64,000 nt of DNA, taken from Octopus bimaculoides. Taxonomy: Eukaryota. The notes under the pieces are model-generated. The model ran no database searches and was not told the DNA's origin. It worked only from the letters and a program-made list of their open reading frames with translations. Numbering within the stretch: position 1 is the stretch's first letter; each line of letters opens with the position of its first letter. The position numbers and the translations under genes are program-made. The stretch lies in contig NC_068981.1 of assembly GCF_001194135.2 (NCBI RefSeq), positions 115,634,430 to 115,698,429 of the forward strand, written 5' to 3'. Of the stretch, positions 1 through 13,400 are shown piece after piece.

Positions 1-78
1 GAAACTCCAACAGATAGCAATACTTGTAACTCACAAAGGCCTTTGTGAGTTACAAGTATTGCTATCTGTTGGAGTTTC
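1..78. repeat. Perfect 78-bp palindrome centred on AGG|CCT
   Basis: Bases 1-39 are the exact reverse complement of bases 40-78. Confidence 0.95.
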
Positions 79-674
79 AGCACTTTAGCTGCTATTTCTG
101 AACTTCGGTATGTGGTGAAGCAACTGTTGCTCATCCCTTAATTATGTTTATATATATATATATATATATATCATCATCATCATTTAATGTCCATCTTCCA
201 TGCATGCATAGGTAGAATGATTGACAGGAGCCGGCCAGGTAGGAAAACTACCTTAGGCTAATGTGTCTGTTTTGGCAGGGATTTTATGACTGGATGCCCT
301 TCCTAACACCAACCACTCTGCAGAGTACATTCAGTGCTTTTTACGTGGCACTAGCACAGGTAAGGTTAGTTTTAGCATGATTTTTACAGCTGGATGCTCT
401 TCCAAATGCCAACTAAGTTAGAGTGTGGACTGAACGCTTTTAACGTGGCACCAGCACTGACAGGATAACCAAGTAACTCGCAAGACAAGGAATTATAAGA
501 GGGGCCGGGGCATTTGAGGAGGGGAACTTTTATCAGAGGATGAAAGGTTAAAGTGTGACAAAGAGACAGACAGGGCATTAGAGGAGATGATCCAGTATCA
601 GACGATGAAAGGTTAGAGTGTAACAGAGAAATAGAGAAGCAGAAATAGGTGTCTTGCTATAGAGGAGGTATATA

Positions 675-677
<3 letters not shown>

Positions 678-730
<53 letters not shown>

Positions 731-740
731 NNNNNNNNNN

Positions 741-805
<65 letters not shown>
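678..805. repeat. (AG)n microsatellite interrupted by a 10-N gap
   Basis: Seen directly. Confidence 0.95.
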
Positions 806-1241
806 AGTACAAAGAAGAGGCCAGAAACATGTGTGCTGATGTAAAGGAGGAAAAACAAGAAGAGAGAGAGAGAGTAGGAAACAGAAAATGTATAAGAGAG
901 TGCAGAAGAGAGATAGTGTAGTACTAGAATTTGAGCAAAGAACCTAGATTGAAAAATAGGGTGTGGGTGTTGGGGGTGAGGGGAGCAGCAATACAGTGAG
1001 CAGGGTAGTGAGGGCAAGAAAGGGGATTAGAAAACAATCATAGTTTATAAAGAGGAAATGTGAGGGAGAGAAAGATGCAGTTTAGAAGAGGAGTTGTAGT
1101 TAATATATATATATATATATATATATTTATTTATTTACTTTACTCAGGCATTGTGAGACTAATAACCTACAATTCAACTCAACATACATAAGCTTATGAA
1201 TTAAGCTTTAGTCGAGTACAGAGCAGTAATAAGTAACTGAG

Positions 1242-1488
1242 ATGACAAAGGGATAAATGATTATCTTATGAACTTCATTAGCTCACAGCTGTTTCTGTGG
1301 GCTCATAGTTAAGTGCCTGAATAATACCTTATAGCTCCTTCAGAGCTATAATTACATAAATGTAATTCTTTTTCCAAATAAACAGCACTTCATATTTGAG
1401 GCGCTCATCTATAAGTCCACTGCAACTTATAACAGAAGTAGCTGTAAACTAATGAAGTTCATATGGTAATTGTTTATTCCTTTGTCAT
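1242..1488. mobile_element. MITE-like element with ~57-bp imperfect terminal inverted repeats
   Basis: atgacaaagggataaatgattatcttatgaacttcattagctcacagctgtttctgt pairs with acagaagtagctgtaaactaatgaagttcatatggtaattgtttattcctttgtcat. Confidence 0.65.
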
Positions 1489-1553
1489 TTCATTTTCATA
1501 TGACACACACACACACACACACAATGTGTGTAATCAAAAATGACATTGCTTAC

Positions 1554-1629
1554 TGTACTAATCCTTGGGCCACGTGTTTTCTTTTTGATTATGAGGGCTC
1601 GTCTCTTCAAAGGTTCAGCAAGATCATGT
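1554..1629 (-). CDS. NPHP3: NPHP3 exon 22 ([25 protein letters not shown])
   Basis: ttttag|A ... ACA|GTAAGC; 76 nt; phase 2 to 0; human has YEQAEHFRKKSFKIHQK. Confidence 0.85.
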
Positions 1630-4600
1630 CTAAAAAATCAAAATACTAAGTTAGGAAATAGTTAAGTTTAATACACCATTGGCATATATTTAAATTTGAT
1701 GTTGCAGTCTGACATAACATATAAGTATATTGTAAAGTGGTTCATGAAACTCTAACATTAAATGTATCAATACCACATCTTCTGGCATATATGTTGTGTA
1801 AACATTCAAATATTATCACTATTGTTCAAAATTTTGCTATATTTCACATGGGATTTTTGATCCTTCAAAGATGTCTTGGTATGTAAGTCAGCTTGCCTTT
1901 TATGGCTGTAAATTTTGGTCTGAAAATTTGGCTTGTAAGATGGAAAATACAGTGTGTATGTGTGTATGTGTGTGTGCATGTGTGTGTGTGCACATATGCG
2001 TTTGAATGAGCAAGTTTGTGTGATTATCATGCTAAGCAGAGCAAGTGAATGTTAAACTGCATTTGATATGTTCATCAGTGCTTAGAGTTAATCTATGAAG
2101 TGACTGACTGACTGGCTACTGCAAGGGCGACAACAGCAACACTCATAAGTATACAACTGTTTGAAAACCCTTACCACCACCTCCACCACCACCATCACCA
2201 CCACCACAACAACCCATTAACCTCACTACTATCACCAGGCAAAGAAATGTATAAAAACAAATATTTTTGGCATGAGCCAAAAATATTATAAACAACAGCC
2301 ACAACAACATACAAATCACTGATACCATCTTGAAGAGACACAAAGCATACATACCAGTAGAGCAACAGAATAACTAAACAATCTAGAACCAGAATGAATT
2401 TAACAGAAACAAGAGTCAGGCTGCATACCAGAACCTCTTCACTTTCTAGACGTATAACACATACTATTATAACTACACACACATGAAACATGTTAATAGA
2501 TTTATCACACTAACATAATACTTAATATAGAGTCTATACAACCACAAACATGTGCATTATGTAGGTGTTGTACCAATGCATGTAACAATCAGGTAGTTTT
2601 TGAATGTCATTAAAGCAGAGAGATTACATGGCTTAAACCTTTGTAAAATAGTAGAAAATAGTTTACTCTTTTACTCTTTTACTTGTTTCAGTCATTTGAC
2701 TGTGGCCATACTGGAGCACTGCCTTTAGTCGAGCAAATCGACCCCAAGACTTATTCTTTGTAAGCCTAGTACTTATTCTATCGGTCTCTTTTGCCGAACC
2801 GCTAAGTTACAGGGACGTAAACACACCAGCATCAGTTGTCAAGCGATGTTGGGGGTGGGGGACAAACACACATATATATATATACATATACATATATACG
2901 ACAGGCTTCTTTCAGTTTCCGTCTACCAAATCCACTCACAAGGCTTTGGTCAGCCCAAGGCTATAGTAGAAGACACTTGCCCAAGGTGCCACGCAGTGGG
3001 ACTGAACCCAGAACCATGTGGTTGGTAAGCAAGCTACTTACCACACAGCCACTCCTGCGCCTATGTTTGAGGAAAATTTTGTTGCTTATTTTAACAATCA
3101 AAAGAAAAGAATTATCTAAGAAAATTTTCTAGCAGTTCAAACAATATGCTGAAAACAAATGACATAAGTTTACATAGAAGACATTAGTTAATGATACAAT
3201 ATTAAATTAAATATTAGACCCATTATAATAACGAAGGTCAGCCAATTTCACCACAAAAAAATCATCAAAAACTACAAATTAAACAAAATAATACACTTTA
3301 TATAGCACAGGTTACATCTACATCACCCATAATTCATTACACAATAAAAACAAAGTTTTCATGTAAAGGGTAGGGGGTTGTCCTGAAGTAAGCTCCAATC
3401 CCAAATAACCATCATCTGGTTTAGCATCACCATCTGGTCGTTGGGTGCCTTTAGTGAAGTCCATTCGGGTTTGAAGATAACTTCCTCTGGTCTTCCCACA
3501 AGAGGTGTCAGAAGTTCTGAAAGGATCATAGGTACAGTCCTTTTTTTCTTTGATTAAGGCATTAAAAAATAGAGAACACAATTTCAACATCATTTGACTA
3601 ATATTATTCTTTTCATTCACTTGGAACAATTAGAGAAAAGCAGCCACATAAACAAAATGATAGCAGCATCTATAACCTAACTAACCCTAAATACTGTGGT
3701 AGGTTACACATCACAGGAGACAAGTGTTGAGGAGGAGGGACCATGACAGAGTCAGCTGTGGTCATAATCAGAACCTGTGAGTATAGACAAAAGGAATGGA
3801 TAGTGGAGAAAATACAATATCATCAGAGTGTCACACACTTTATATGATGAACCAAGTCATCATACCTTGCTTAAACTTTGAAGTTTGCAGTATGGTCTTT
3901 AACTAAACAGCGGTATGGTATCTTTGGAGTGTGGCACTTGGATTGCACTTAGTAATCTGACTAACTACCACATGTTTTAAGTACATTTAATCAGGGTTGA
4001 ATAGGGCAACACAATACCAGATTTCATTATAAGATGCAGGGAGGAAGAGTAATGTACCTGGGAATCCCATATCTATCAATGTAGTGAGAGTGGTGTAAAA
4101 GGATGAAAAAAAAAATTACAACAATGATGATGATGGCGCAAAGAAAAAGATTGACAAAAAAGAAACAGAAAAAAAATAAGAAAGAAATCCTATTTAAGGA
4201 AAGTGAAAAGGGTTTGAATAACTGTAGCTTAAATGAATGATGAGTCAATTGAAGAAAATATTCTTACTTGTCCTGTTTCTGGTACAGCACTGCTAAAGCA
4301 TCAAGTTCTTTGGCAACCAGATAATGCTCAGATCCAAGAGCATTTTCATATATGTCTAGAGCTTGCTTGTAAAGAGTTTCAGCAGTACTCACTTTTCCCC
4401 ACTGGGCATGGAGACCAGCTAGCTGATGCAAAGATCGAGCAACAGCAGGGTGGTCAGGATCAAGTCCAGTTTCGCGAATCTCTAATGACCGCTGTAGGGC
4501 AGGCAGGGCCTGAAAAGAAATAAAATAAATAAAAGTGGAAACAGAACGACAAAGCAAAGGAAGTTCCAAATCACCAGCTCAATGCATTTTATCATATATT

Positions 4601-6848
4601 TAAGCAGAACACTTATACAATGCCTAACTTTACCTAATTATTGGAGACATTTACCAGATCATATGGTAATGTGCTGAATCGTATAGTAATGTGATAAAGA
4701 TTTGTCTCACATCTGCTTAGACCATGAAACTGAATCTAAGCAGCAGCTCTTAACTTCCAGGAATTAGAAGGCATCTACATTTTGTATTGTGTTCAAGATG
4801 TCAAGGTACTGGAACTTCTAAAAGCAGAGTCAGAACTTCAAAGCTTATACAGCTATTACAATGCCTATGGATAAAATACATAAGCTGAGAGTTCATAAAA
4901 CACAGAAGATGGGAACTAGCTGTAACAAATTTGATCCAACAAAATGCAAGCATTCAAATTTTCAAAGACCACCAACTTAAGCAACCATGGAGAAGTTTGA
5001 TGAATTTCAAAGTAGTTAAAAAAAGAATACATGATACTATGTTGCTGCAGATTTTCTTTAATTTTCATTGATATTGTCACTTATTACTAAACTTTTGCAT
5101 AAATCAAGCAGAATCTTCAAGTTTCTACAGCCTTGAGGTACTGACCTCGAGGTCAAGAAATGAACTCTCTTTATTCATTCATTCATAATATAGAGTAGTA
5201 AAAATACAATATGATAAGATGGTCTAAGCAGAATTTGAACTGCAGAACTATCAGCATTCAACAAAGAAACATCAGTTCTTGAACACTAGTTAACAGTGGC
5301 TAATATATGTAACCAACTTCTCATCTTATTATGTTCAACATCAAATATCTAAATTGCTAGTGCAATAATAGCTTGAACTGGAATGTATTGAGATAAACAG
5401 ATGTTAAGCTGTGAAAATGAGGAGTTTCAAAAATGTCAGGTGTCAGACATGGAAAAGGTTTGAAATTCGTCATATGAACCACTTCTTTATAATGCATTTT
5501 CATAGGTACACACTACTCTCTGAGACATCAGTATGAGATCATCAACAGAGCAGCAGGAACAAATTCCTTATCAATCTGAATAATGCATTCCTTACTTAAC
5601 TATGACAACAAATTAGTAAAATATTCAGCTAGAAACGTCACCTCAGTAGGTATACGCAGAAGACAGAGAAGCTTCTCCAATTTGATCTGCTCCTAGCTAG
5701 ATATATTAGAGGAAGACTGTCTCCTATGACTGAATGAGACAGGCCACTCACCAAGTGGTTTGTGCTGTAAGAATTAGGTGAAGCAGAAATAAGTGTTGTA
5801 ACATTCGTACTTTACTGCTACAGCAAAGTTTTACCAGAGAAATACTTGCAAGTGAGAATATGATACAACATGAGAAAACATGCTGTGATTTTAAATCTCC
5901 TTGATGACATTTGCCAATTAAAACTAACATTGGATAGTTTTGATTCACTGTTCCTGCAGACTAAAAATGAATTAAAAGAAGATTAAAAAAAAAAAAAACC
6001 AGATAATTCTTAATCTTACAAATGTAAAAATGAAGTAATGAAATCAGATATTTTACTTGGCTTAATAATCCAAGATCTTTAAGGAATCGTCCAAGAGTCT
6101 CATACATGTCAGCAATTCCTGACACATTTCCATCTGATTGGTTGAGAACTGGGTGAAAAGAAAAAGAAAAAACTGAAATCACTAAGTGTTAAATTTAACA
6201 TGACTTAATGATTTGTATATGTGAATGCGTGTTAATAGTTATGTATGCATGCACTTAAAAAAATATAACTATTTACATTCATATACACATACATACATGT
6301 GGGTGTATATTATACATGGGGATATTTATGTATACATACACACACATATATACATAAACACACACACATATATCCACACATCTACATACATATATACATA
6401 CACATGTTTATATATGCGTGTGATAATTTTTCCACTTTAATAATTAAATGTTTATAAGATCACCTAATATCTTATAAAGATCTAATTATTCAAGTGGAAA
6501 AATTATCAGGAAAGCCATTTTGATTCATTTTCTAAAAATGTATAAATATAAATACACATCATCACCATCATCATAATTATTTAATGCTTGTTGTCCATGC
6601 TGGTATGTGTTGGACGGTTTGACTAGGGCTGGTAAGGTGGAAGGCTGCACCAGATTCCAGTCTAATTTGAAATGATTTTCTATGATTTTCATTCTCCCTC
6701 TCCTTGAAAATTTTCCATGCAATGAAAGCCGGTTAGAAATCTATATTAAAATATGCTTTCAGTTTAGCATTCTGCCTTATTATTTTTCATTTTCCTATTA
6801 TTTTTCCACATGCGGTTAACACAACCCCACTATTTACTGACTTATATT

Positions 6849-6924
<76 letters not shown>

Positions 6925-9900
6925 CATGCATATAGATATATATATATGGCTAATATAGATTTTTTAACTTCACTGTATAATTATTTCTAGTTAGATTTTG
7001 AAAACTCTCTGCCTTAAGTGTATTAACACAAGCTTTACATACACATACCAAACACAACACACACATGTATATATATATAAAACACACCCACACCTTCATC
7101 ATTTATTTGTTTTACACCTGTTTTTCAATGCAGCATAGGTTAGACAAGAACATATTAATTTAGTCATTGTTTTAACAGCTGAATACTGTATATATGTGTA
7201 TCAACATCATCATTTAGCATCCGTTTTCCATGCTAGCATAGACAGGTTTGACTGGGGCTGGTAAGCCAGAGAGCTCCAGTCTGTTTTGGTTCGGTTTCTA
7301 TGGCCGGATGTCCCTCCTAATGCCAACCAAGTGTACTGGGTGCCATTTATGTATCACTGGCACTAACTACAACTATAATTTCACTTAGTGTGATGTGTCT
7401 TCTCAAACACAGCAAATTGCCAAATGTCTGTCACTTGTTGTTGCCTCTGTGAGACTCAACATGTGAAGATCATACTTCACCACCTAATCCCTTATCTTCC
7501 ACAGGTTCCCTCCACACTTCTTTATGCAGCTCTCCTCACATACACACATATCTTTTATTGTTTTTCTCAGTCATTACATTGCAACCATGCTAGGGCACTG
7601 CCTTGGTGGGTTTTAGTCAAACAATTCGATCCCAGTACTTAATTTTTTTTTAAGCTTAGTACTTATTATATCATTTTCTTTTTCTCAAACACAGACAGAA
7701 AAACACATATCTACAGATGCAGGCATGTTGGGGCACTGCCTTGAAGTGTTTTAGTTGAACAAATTAACCCCTGAACTTATTTTGTAAAGCCTAATACTTA
7801 TTCTATTAGTTTCTAGCTGAAGTGCTAACTTACAGGGGCATAAACATCCCAACACTAGTTGTCAAGTGGTGGGACAAACGTTAGAAGCAAGAACACTGGT
7901 TTACAGGGATCTATTAAGGGAGAGAGCCTCAATGATAATTACTATATGGCTCTAAACACCTGAATAAAACAAAAAACTTAATTTATTCAACCACACTAAC
8001 ACTGTAAATAAATCTGATGAAAATATATGGTTCATCCTCCCGTTCGGGAAACAAGTTAAATCCAATTTGGTCTGGCAGTTCTGAGACGCGGTAAATAGGA
8101 ACTTTCCTAGGGGCTCTCACTATTACCCAATAATCAACACACATAAGGTTAGGTTTGGGCTTTCTAATATTAAACATTTCTTACAGATAATATCTTCCCA
8201 TAATTCTAAGCTTTTAGATTCATCTCTAGTCAGCCATCCTAATTATGATGATAATAATAGTAATATTTATAACAATAATAATAATAATTATAATTACTCC
8301 AGAAATTGTACACACTCATACGATGGTAATAGTCATTTAGGTAAAAATATAGGTAATAAGTGCAACACTAGCAAATATAACAATCACTGTAACAACAATA
8401 AGATTAGTATCTCGGAATCTAATTGGTAATGACTAATACAGACATCTCGCATTATGCAGGTAGCTCCTCGACACAGGTCTCCAGGAGAATTTCCAACCAT
8501 TATTTTTCTTTTAGGGATAGGAATAGTACTGGTCTAAGTAAATTAATCTGGAAACTTAAAGATTGTAATAAGCAATTCTCTTTGGAATGGTCAATACTGG
8601 CTACCTCGATACCTTACGACAAAGGTAAGTATTTTTGTCCTCTTTGTAACTTGGAACTTTTCCACATTCTGTTCTCCAAGTATTATCTAGTAAACCAGAT
8701 TACACAGAGAACATATCGATGCCAGCATTGGCGGAAACACTCCTTCAGTTCTTATCGTTAGTTTCATCCTTCTTACTTATTTTAGTTGTTATTATTATTA
8801 TTATTATTTTTATTTTTTCACCATGACATTCTCTCTAGTGGACGTCCATCTTATAAGTGGTATGTACAATCACCCAGCTTAGTATTTACCTTTTACCTTG
8901 GCAATAACAATAATAGTAATTATCATTATTTTTAATTTATTTTTTATATTTATTATAATAATAACAGGAATAATATCATTAAAATATTATCTTAAATAAT
9001 AATTACATACGACTCCAACGCCAGTTGTTTTTACTTTTCCCCTTCCTTAGTTGGTTCATCAAATTTTTCCCAGTAAAGCTGCTTTCGCTGGGTAACTTCA
9101 ATTACATTTTTTCTATCTTTTTCTCGTGAGCATGTTTATTATTTTTATTATTTCATCACATGATAGTTCTGTACATTACATCACCATTTATTTAGGTTAA
9201 TAACCATATATTAATATAATACAATACTATGGGTGTTTAATTTTATTTATTATAGTTACATTCTCCGCTTAGTTTTACCTCAGTTTGTTTACATAAGGAG
9301 TTATAAAAATATAATAATTCATTGGATTCTCTCCCTTCCTCCTTTTCTGGTTTTTAGTTTGGCTTTTTTTGAACTTTAGATTTCTGGATTTAACTCCAAT
9401 CCATTTTCCCTTCCTCTAATTTAAACTTTTAGTATAGCGTTCATAGCCTCCCTGTAAACCAGTGTTCTTGCTTCTAAAGGTCATTTACTTTATAATGTTA
9501 TAACACGTATGCAACCTTAGCATTTAGCGCTTCTCTTGCTTTTTGTATGTTGGTTCCCTGAAGATGAATTTATGTGCAATTCCAGCACTTCTTCTTTGGA
9601 GTACAGTGCACAAATATTTTGAAACATATGTAGGAATTAAAGGAACTTATTGATTATATGCGTTTTGCTCCATTTATTATTATTTTTCATATATATATAT
9701 GCAACAAGCTTCTTTCAGTTTCCATCAACCAAATCCACTCACAAGGCTTTGGTTGGCTATAGTAGAAGATACTTGCCCAAGGTGGGGCCGAACCAGGATC
9801 TATGTGGTTGGGAAGCAAGTATTCTTACCACACAGCCAAGCCTATGCTTCTTTCAGTTTCTGTGTACCAAATCCACTCCTAAGGTGCTGGTCAACCTCGG

Positions 9901-10425
9901 GCTATAAATAGAAGACACATACCCAAAGTGCTATGCAGTAGATCTGAACCATGTAGTTGCAAAGCAAACTCTGACCACATTTTGATTTAGATAATACAGC
10001 AGTTAACAAAGGTTTAGAACTGTGTAAATCTTTGTACATCCAAATTTCAATCGAGTATTTAACATTATTTGTCCTTCAATTTTCATTTTGGATTATATTC
10101 ATTCCCCTGTTTTATTCTGCTCTAAGATATATTTATATGGGTATGCATGTTTGTAGGTGTAGGTATGCTTGTTGGTTAAGAAGATTGCTCCCTTGGAAGG
10201 AAGAGCTACATACCTTTCTTCCTTATTCTACTGCTATACTTACTTGAAAACAAAACTACATATTTTACCCCTTTCTCTGTTTCCAGTAATCTCTTCCTCA
10301 TTTTTAACGCCGCTTACCTACAATCAACCAGTCCCCCTCTACACCTGTTTGTCACTTACTACATTTACTCCCATACACACACACATGTATGTATGTATGT
10401 ATGTATGTATGTATGTATGTATGTA

Positions 10426-10458
<33 letters not shown>

Positions 10459-13400
10459 ATATATATATATATATNNNNNNNNNNNNNNNNNNNNNNNNNN
10501 NNNNNNNNNNNNNNNNNNNNNNNNNNTATATATACAAGCATAGAAAAATATCAGACAACACGAAGTCTTGCTTTACCAAAATTATTTTCACTGCTAGAGG
10601 ATGTATCATACTTACCAAATGGCACTTACCATCCCCATATGAGGAGGGGAGATAATCAAAGCAATCAAGAATTTTCCAAAGCTGACATGTCAGTAAAGGA
10701 AAGGTCTGGCTTATTGTCTAGAGATAAGAGGATGTGTTTCTGCCTCAGTAGCCGTCATCAGCAAGAAAATTGTCCAATTTCATCTCCAGTAGCCAAAGAA
10801 CTTAAACTTACACAAAAAAAAAAACAGAAGTAGAATACACTTATGGCCTAGTTAAAGTGGTTATTTTAAACAAAAATGAGTGAAGATAACACAAAGTGGC
10901 CAGTGGTATGTGTCTGAACAACAAGAATAATATAAATTCTGGAGAATTCTTGATTGTTGAGATCATCTCCCCTTATCATATAGAGCTGGTCTTAATTGCT
11001 ATTTGGTAATTATGCTACAGTCCTCTAGAGGTGGTTTTTCTGTCAAGGCAAATGACCACAAACAGACATCCTTGTTGATGGACAAAAATTATTTGGAAAC
11101 TGTGATATGAAGGAAGAAATAGGAACATTAAACAGACAATTTTGGACAGCATAGCAGAGTTTAGAAATAGCTTATGATGCTGCAACCCCTGTCCAGCAGA
11201 AAAAGTTCATATCATTCAGTCACATTTCTAAATAGATAAAAAGAGAATGTATTTCAGCTTGTCACTTCAACCCTTCAACCCCATTAAGGAAGACTTTTCT
11301 GGTGTATGGAGACTGAAATCATAGATCATATTGTCACTGTCTAAAATATCAGGTGACATTTAAACTCGCAATCCTAATCTGTAACTGCTTTCACCTCACT
11401 ATCTATACAGACAAGGATGACTGCAAGATACTATCATGGATATATATTTCATAATATTTACCCCTCATCCATTCTCTCTTGCACTTGTTGACTAAAAGAT
11501 TAAACTGAATATCAATCATATTATAGAGACTGTGTGCATACGCACGTGCATGTGTGTATAGACTTGTGTTTGGATTATAATACCTTCCATATGTTTTGTT
11601 TGGACTAGATATTCTTGAGCCATGCTGGTTTTGTCTGCTCCTATCAACTGCCAATGGCTAATAAGCTCTGCACAGCGACCTCTGGAGGAAACAAACAGAA
11701 AAAAAAGACATTCAATAATAATTGTACTTGTATGATTTTGATGTGTGTGTTTTCTGTGCTCATATCATTTTGGTTCCAAAGTAAAATAATACAATATTAA
11801 AGATGATAGTTCTTAAGACATGGTAGTTGGTAAAATAACATTAACAAACAATTGTGAATGCTATCCTGAGTAAGTAACAAGGAAGCTTCTAGATTATATT
11901 CCAACTTTCTTGAAACAGCAGTCAAATGTTCTCCAAATCTCACTCTATAAGTAATATTAAAAGAATTAATTAACTAATGTAGTCCTTGACGCATCACATC
12001 TGGCAAAGTGTTTTGATGGTAAGTAATGGAATATCTTTGACCATAGTTTCTATTAATCAGGACTGACTTGAGTCGAAATAGTAACTTATAGTGGACATTT
12101 CATGTACTGGTTTTTGTGCTGGAAATCAGAATGAGTTGGGTAAATTAGTTTTGTGAATGGTGCTTTAAGTAATGGTCATCATTTTAGATTGTGTAATCAT
12201 AGTTAAATTACTTTGCTGTTGTGTTGTTCAGCCCTAGTTAAACAGGTTTAAAATTAAAAGCATTCCAGTCAAAAACATCCTATCTATTTTTCTCAAACAT
12301 TATGTGTCTAGGATTACATTAACTTAGATATCCCTTTTTTTTTGTAAGATAGTAGCATGTGCTTTCAAGAAGATTTGGCTGATATTTTTATCAGGTGAAA
12401 CAATCTTGTAGAGGCTCATTCCCTTGTTGATTTGTATATAATAGATTGCAATGTTTGTTTACTGTAGATAAATTGTAGGGTGTACATAGAAGCTTTAATT
12501 ACAAATTATTTAGAAATAAACATCATTAACTCTATTTCTTATATTAGCAAAATTTGCAAAGGGATAGCAAAACATCACCCAAACAATATGCCTGGCACTT
12601 TTCTGATGGACTCTTGAAGAAAATTTGAGCATAAAATATACAGTATTTCCTCCAGCACTTTTAACAAGTTTACAAAGTTAACAATATATAGCTGTTCTAA
12701 TAAGTTAACATATAAATATTTACAAACATTAACAAGCTAACTACAAAATAGGATGTAACCAAATAACTGACTATTGAAGGCCAGCTGTGTAATTATTAAA
12801 TATTATTCAAAATTGATTTATACTAAATATAAAATAAACAAGAATCAAACAATTACACATGCATCAATTCTAGTAGGAATTTTACTCTCTCAACATTTGA
12901 CATAAGAATAGCACAATGAAAAAAAATCCTTTAAATACTAAACATACTAAATAAAATGTAACTGATCAATGTAAACTTGAAACTGTATACAATAGGAAAA
13001 CAAATGTTAAGTAGGACATTGCAGTGCTACACTTAGTTGTAGGTCAACAATGCATCTACAGTAAAAAGGCTGAGTCATGTGTTATTTAATACAACACAAC
13101 ACAATGACCAATGAAAAAGTACTGCAAACATGTACGCAATCATTCAGATCAGAATCAAGTCTAGTTCAACAGGAGCATGACATGGTCACCACACACATAA
13201 CTGAAACCTTCACAATATGTACAAATGTGGGACATGAGATAATATTGTATGGTAACATATTTATAATATGGCAAAAGCTATGTTTTCTTTTCAGGACTAG
13301 AAAATACTTTATGTCTGTACTGAAGATAATGCTGGAGCCACTCCACACAAAACTATTAAAGGCAGCAACCAAGAAGTATCCAAAACTTCACTCAAGAATA

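Noticed and set aside
676-921. ER-repeat, HT-repeat, YI-repeat and poly-X ORFs here and elsewhere (e.g. 10352-10833, 20054-20501, 43505-44373, 61790-62176)
   Set aside because: Translations of microsatellites or N-gaps.
4233-4523. 96-aa plus-strand ORF
   Set aside because: Antisense shadow of the TPR exon 21.
8762-8900. SECIS element after the Penelope-like ORF
   Set aside because: No convincing AUGA/GA kink-turn stem and no in-frame UGA at conserved Cys positions.
10725-10765. CTGATGA...GAAAC on the minus strand
   Set aside because: Stems I and II are not convincing and there is no clear cleavage site.
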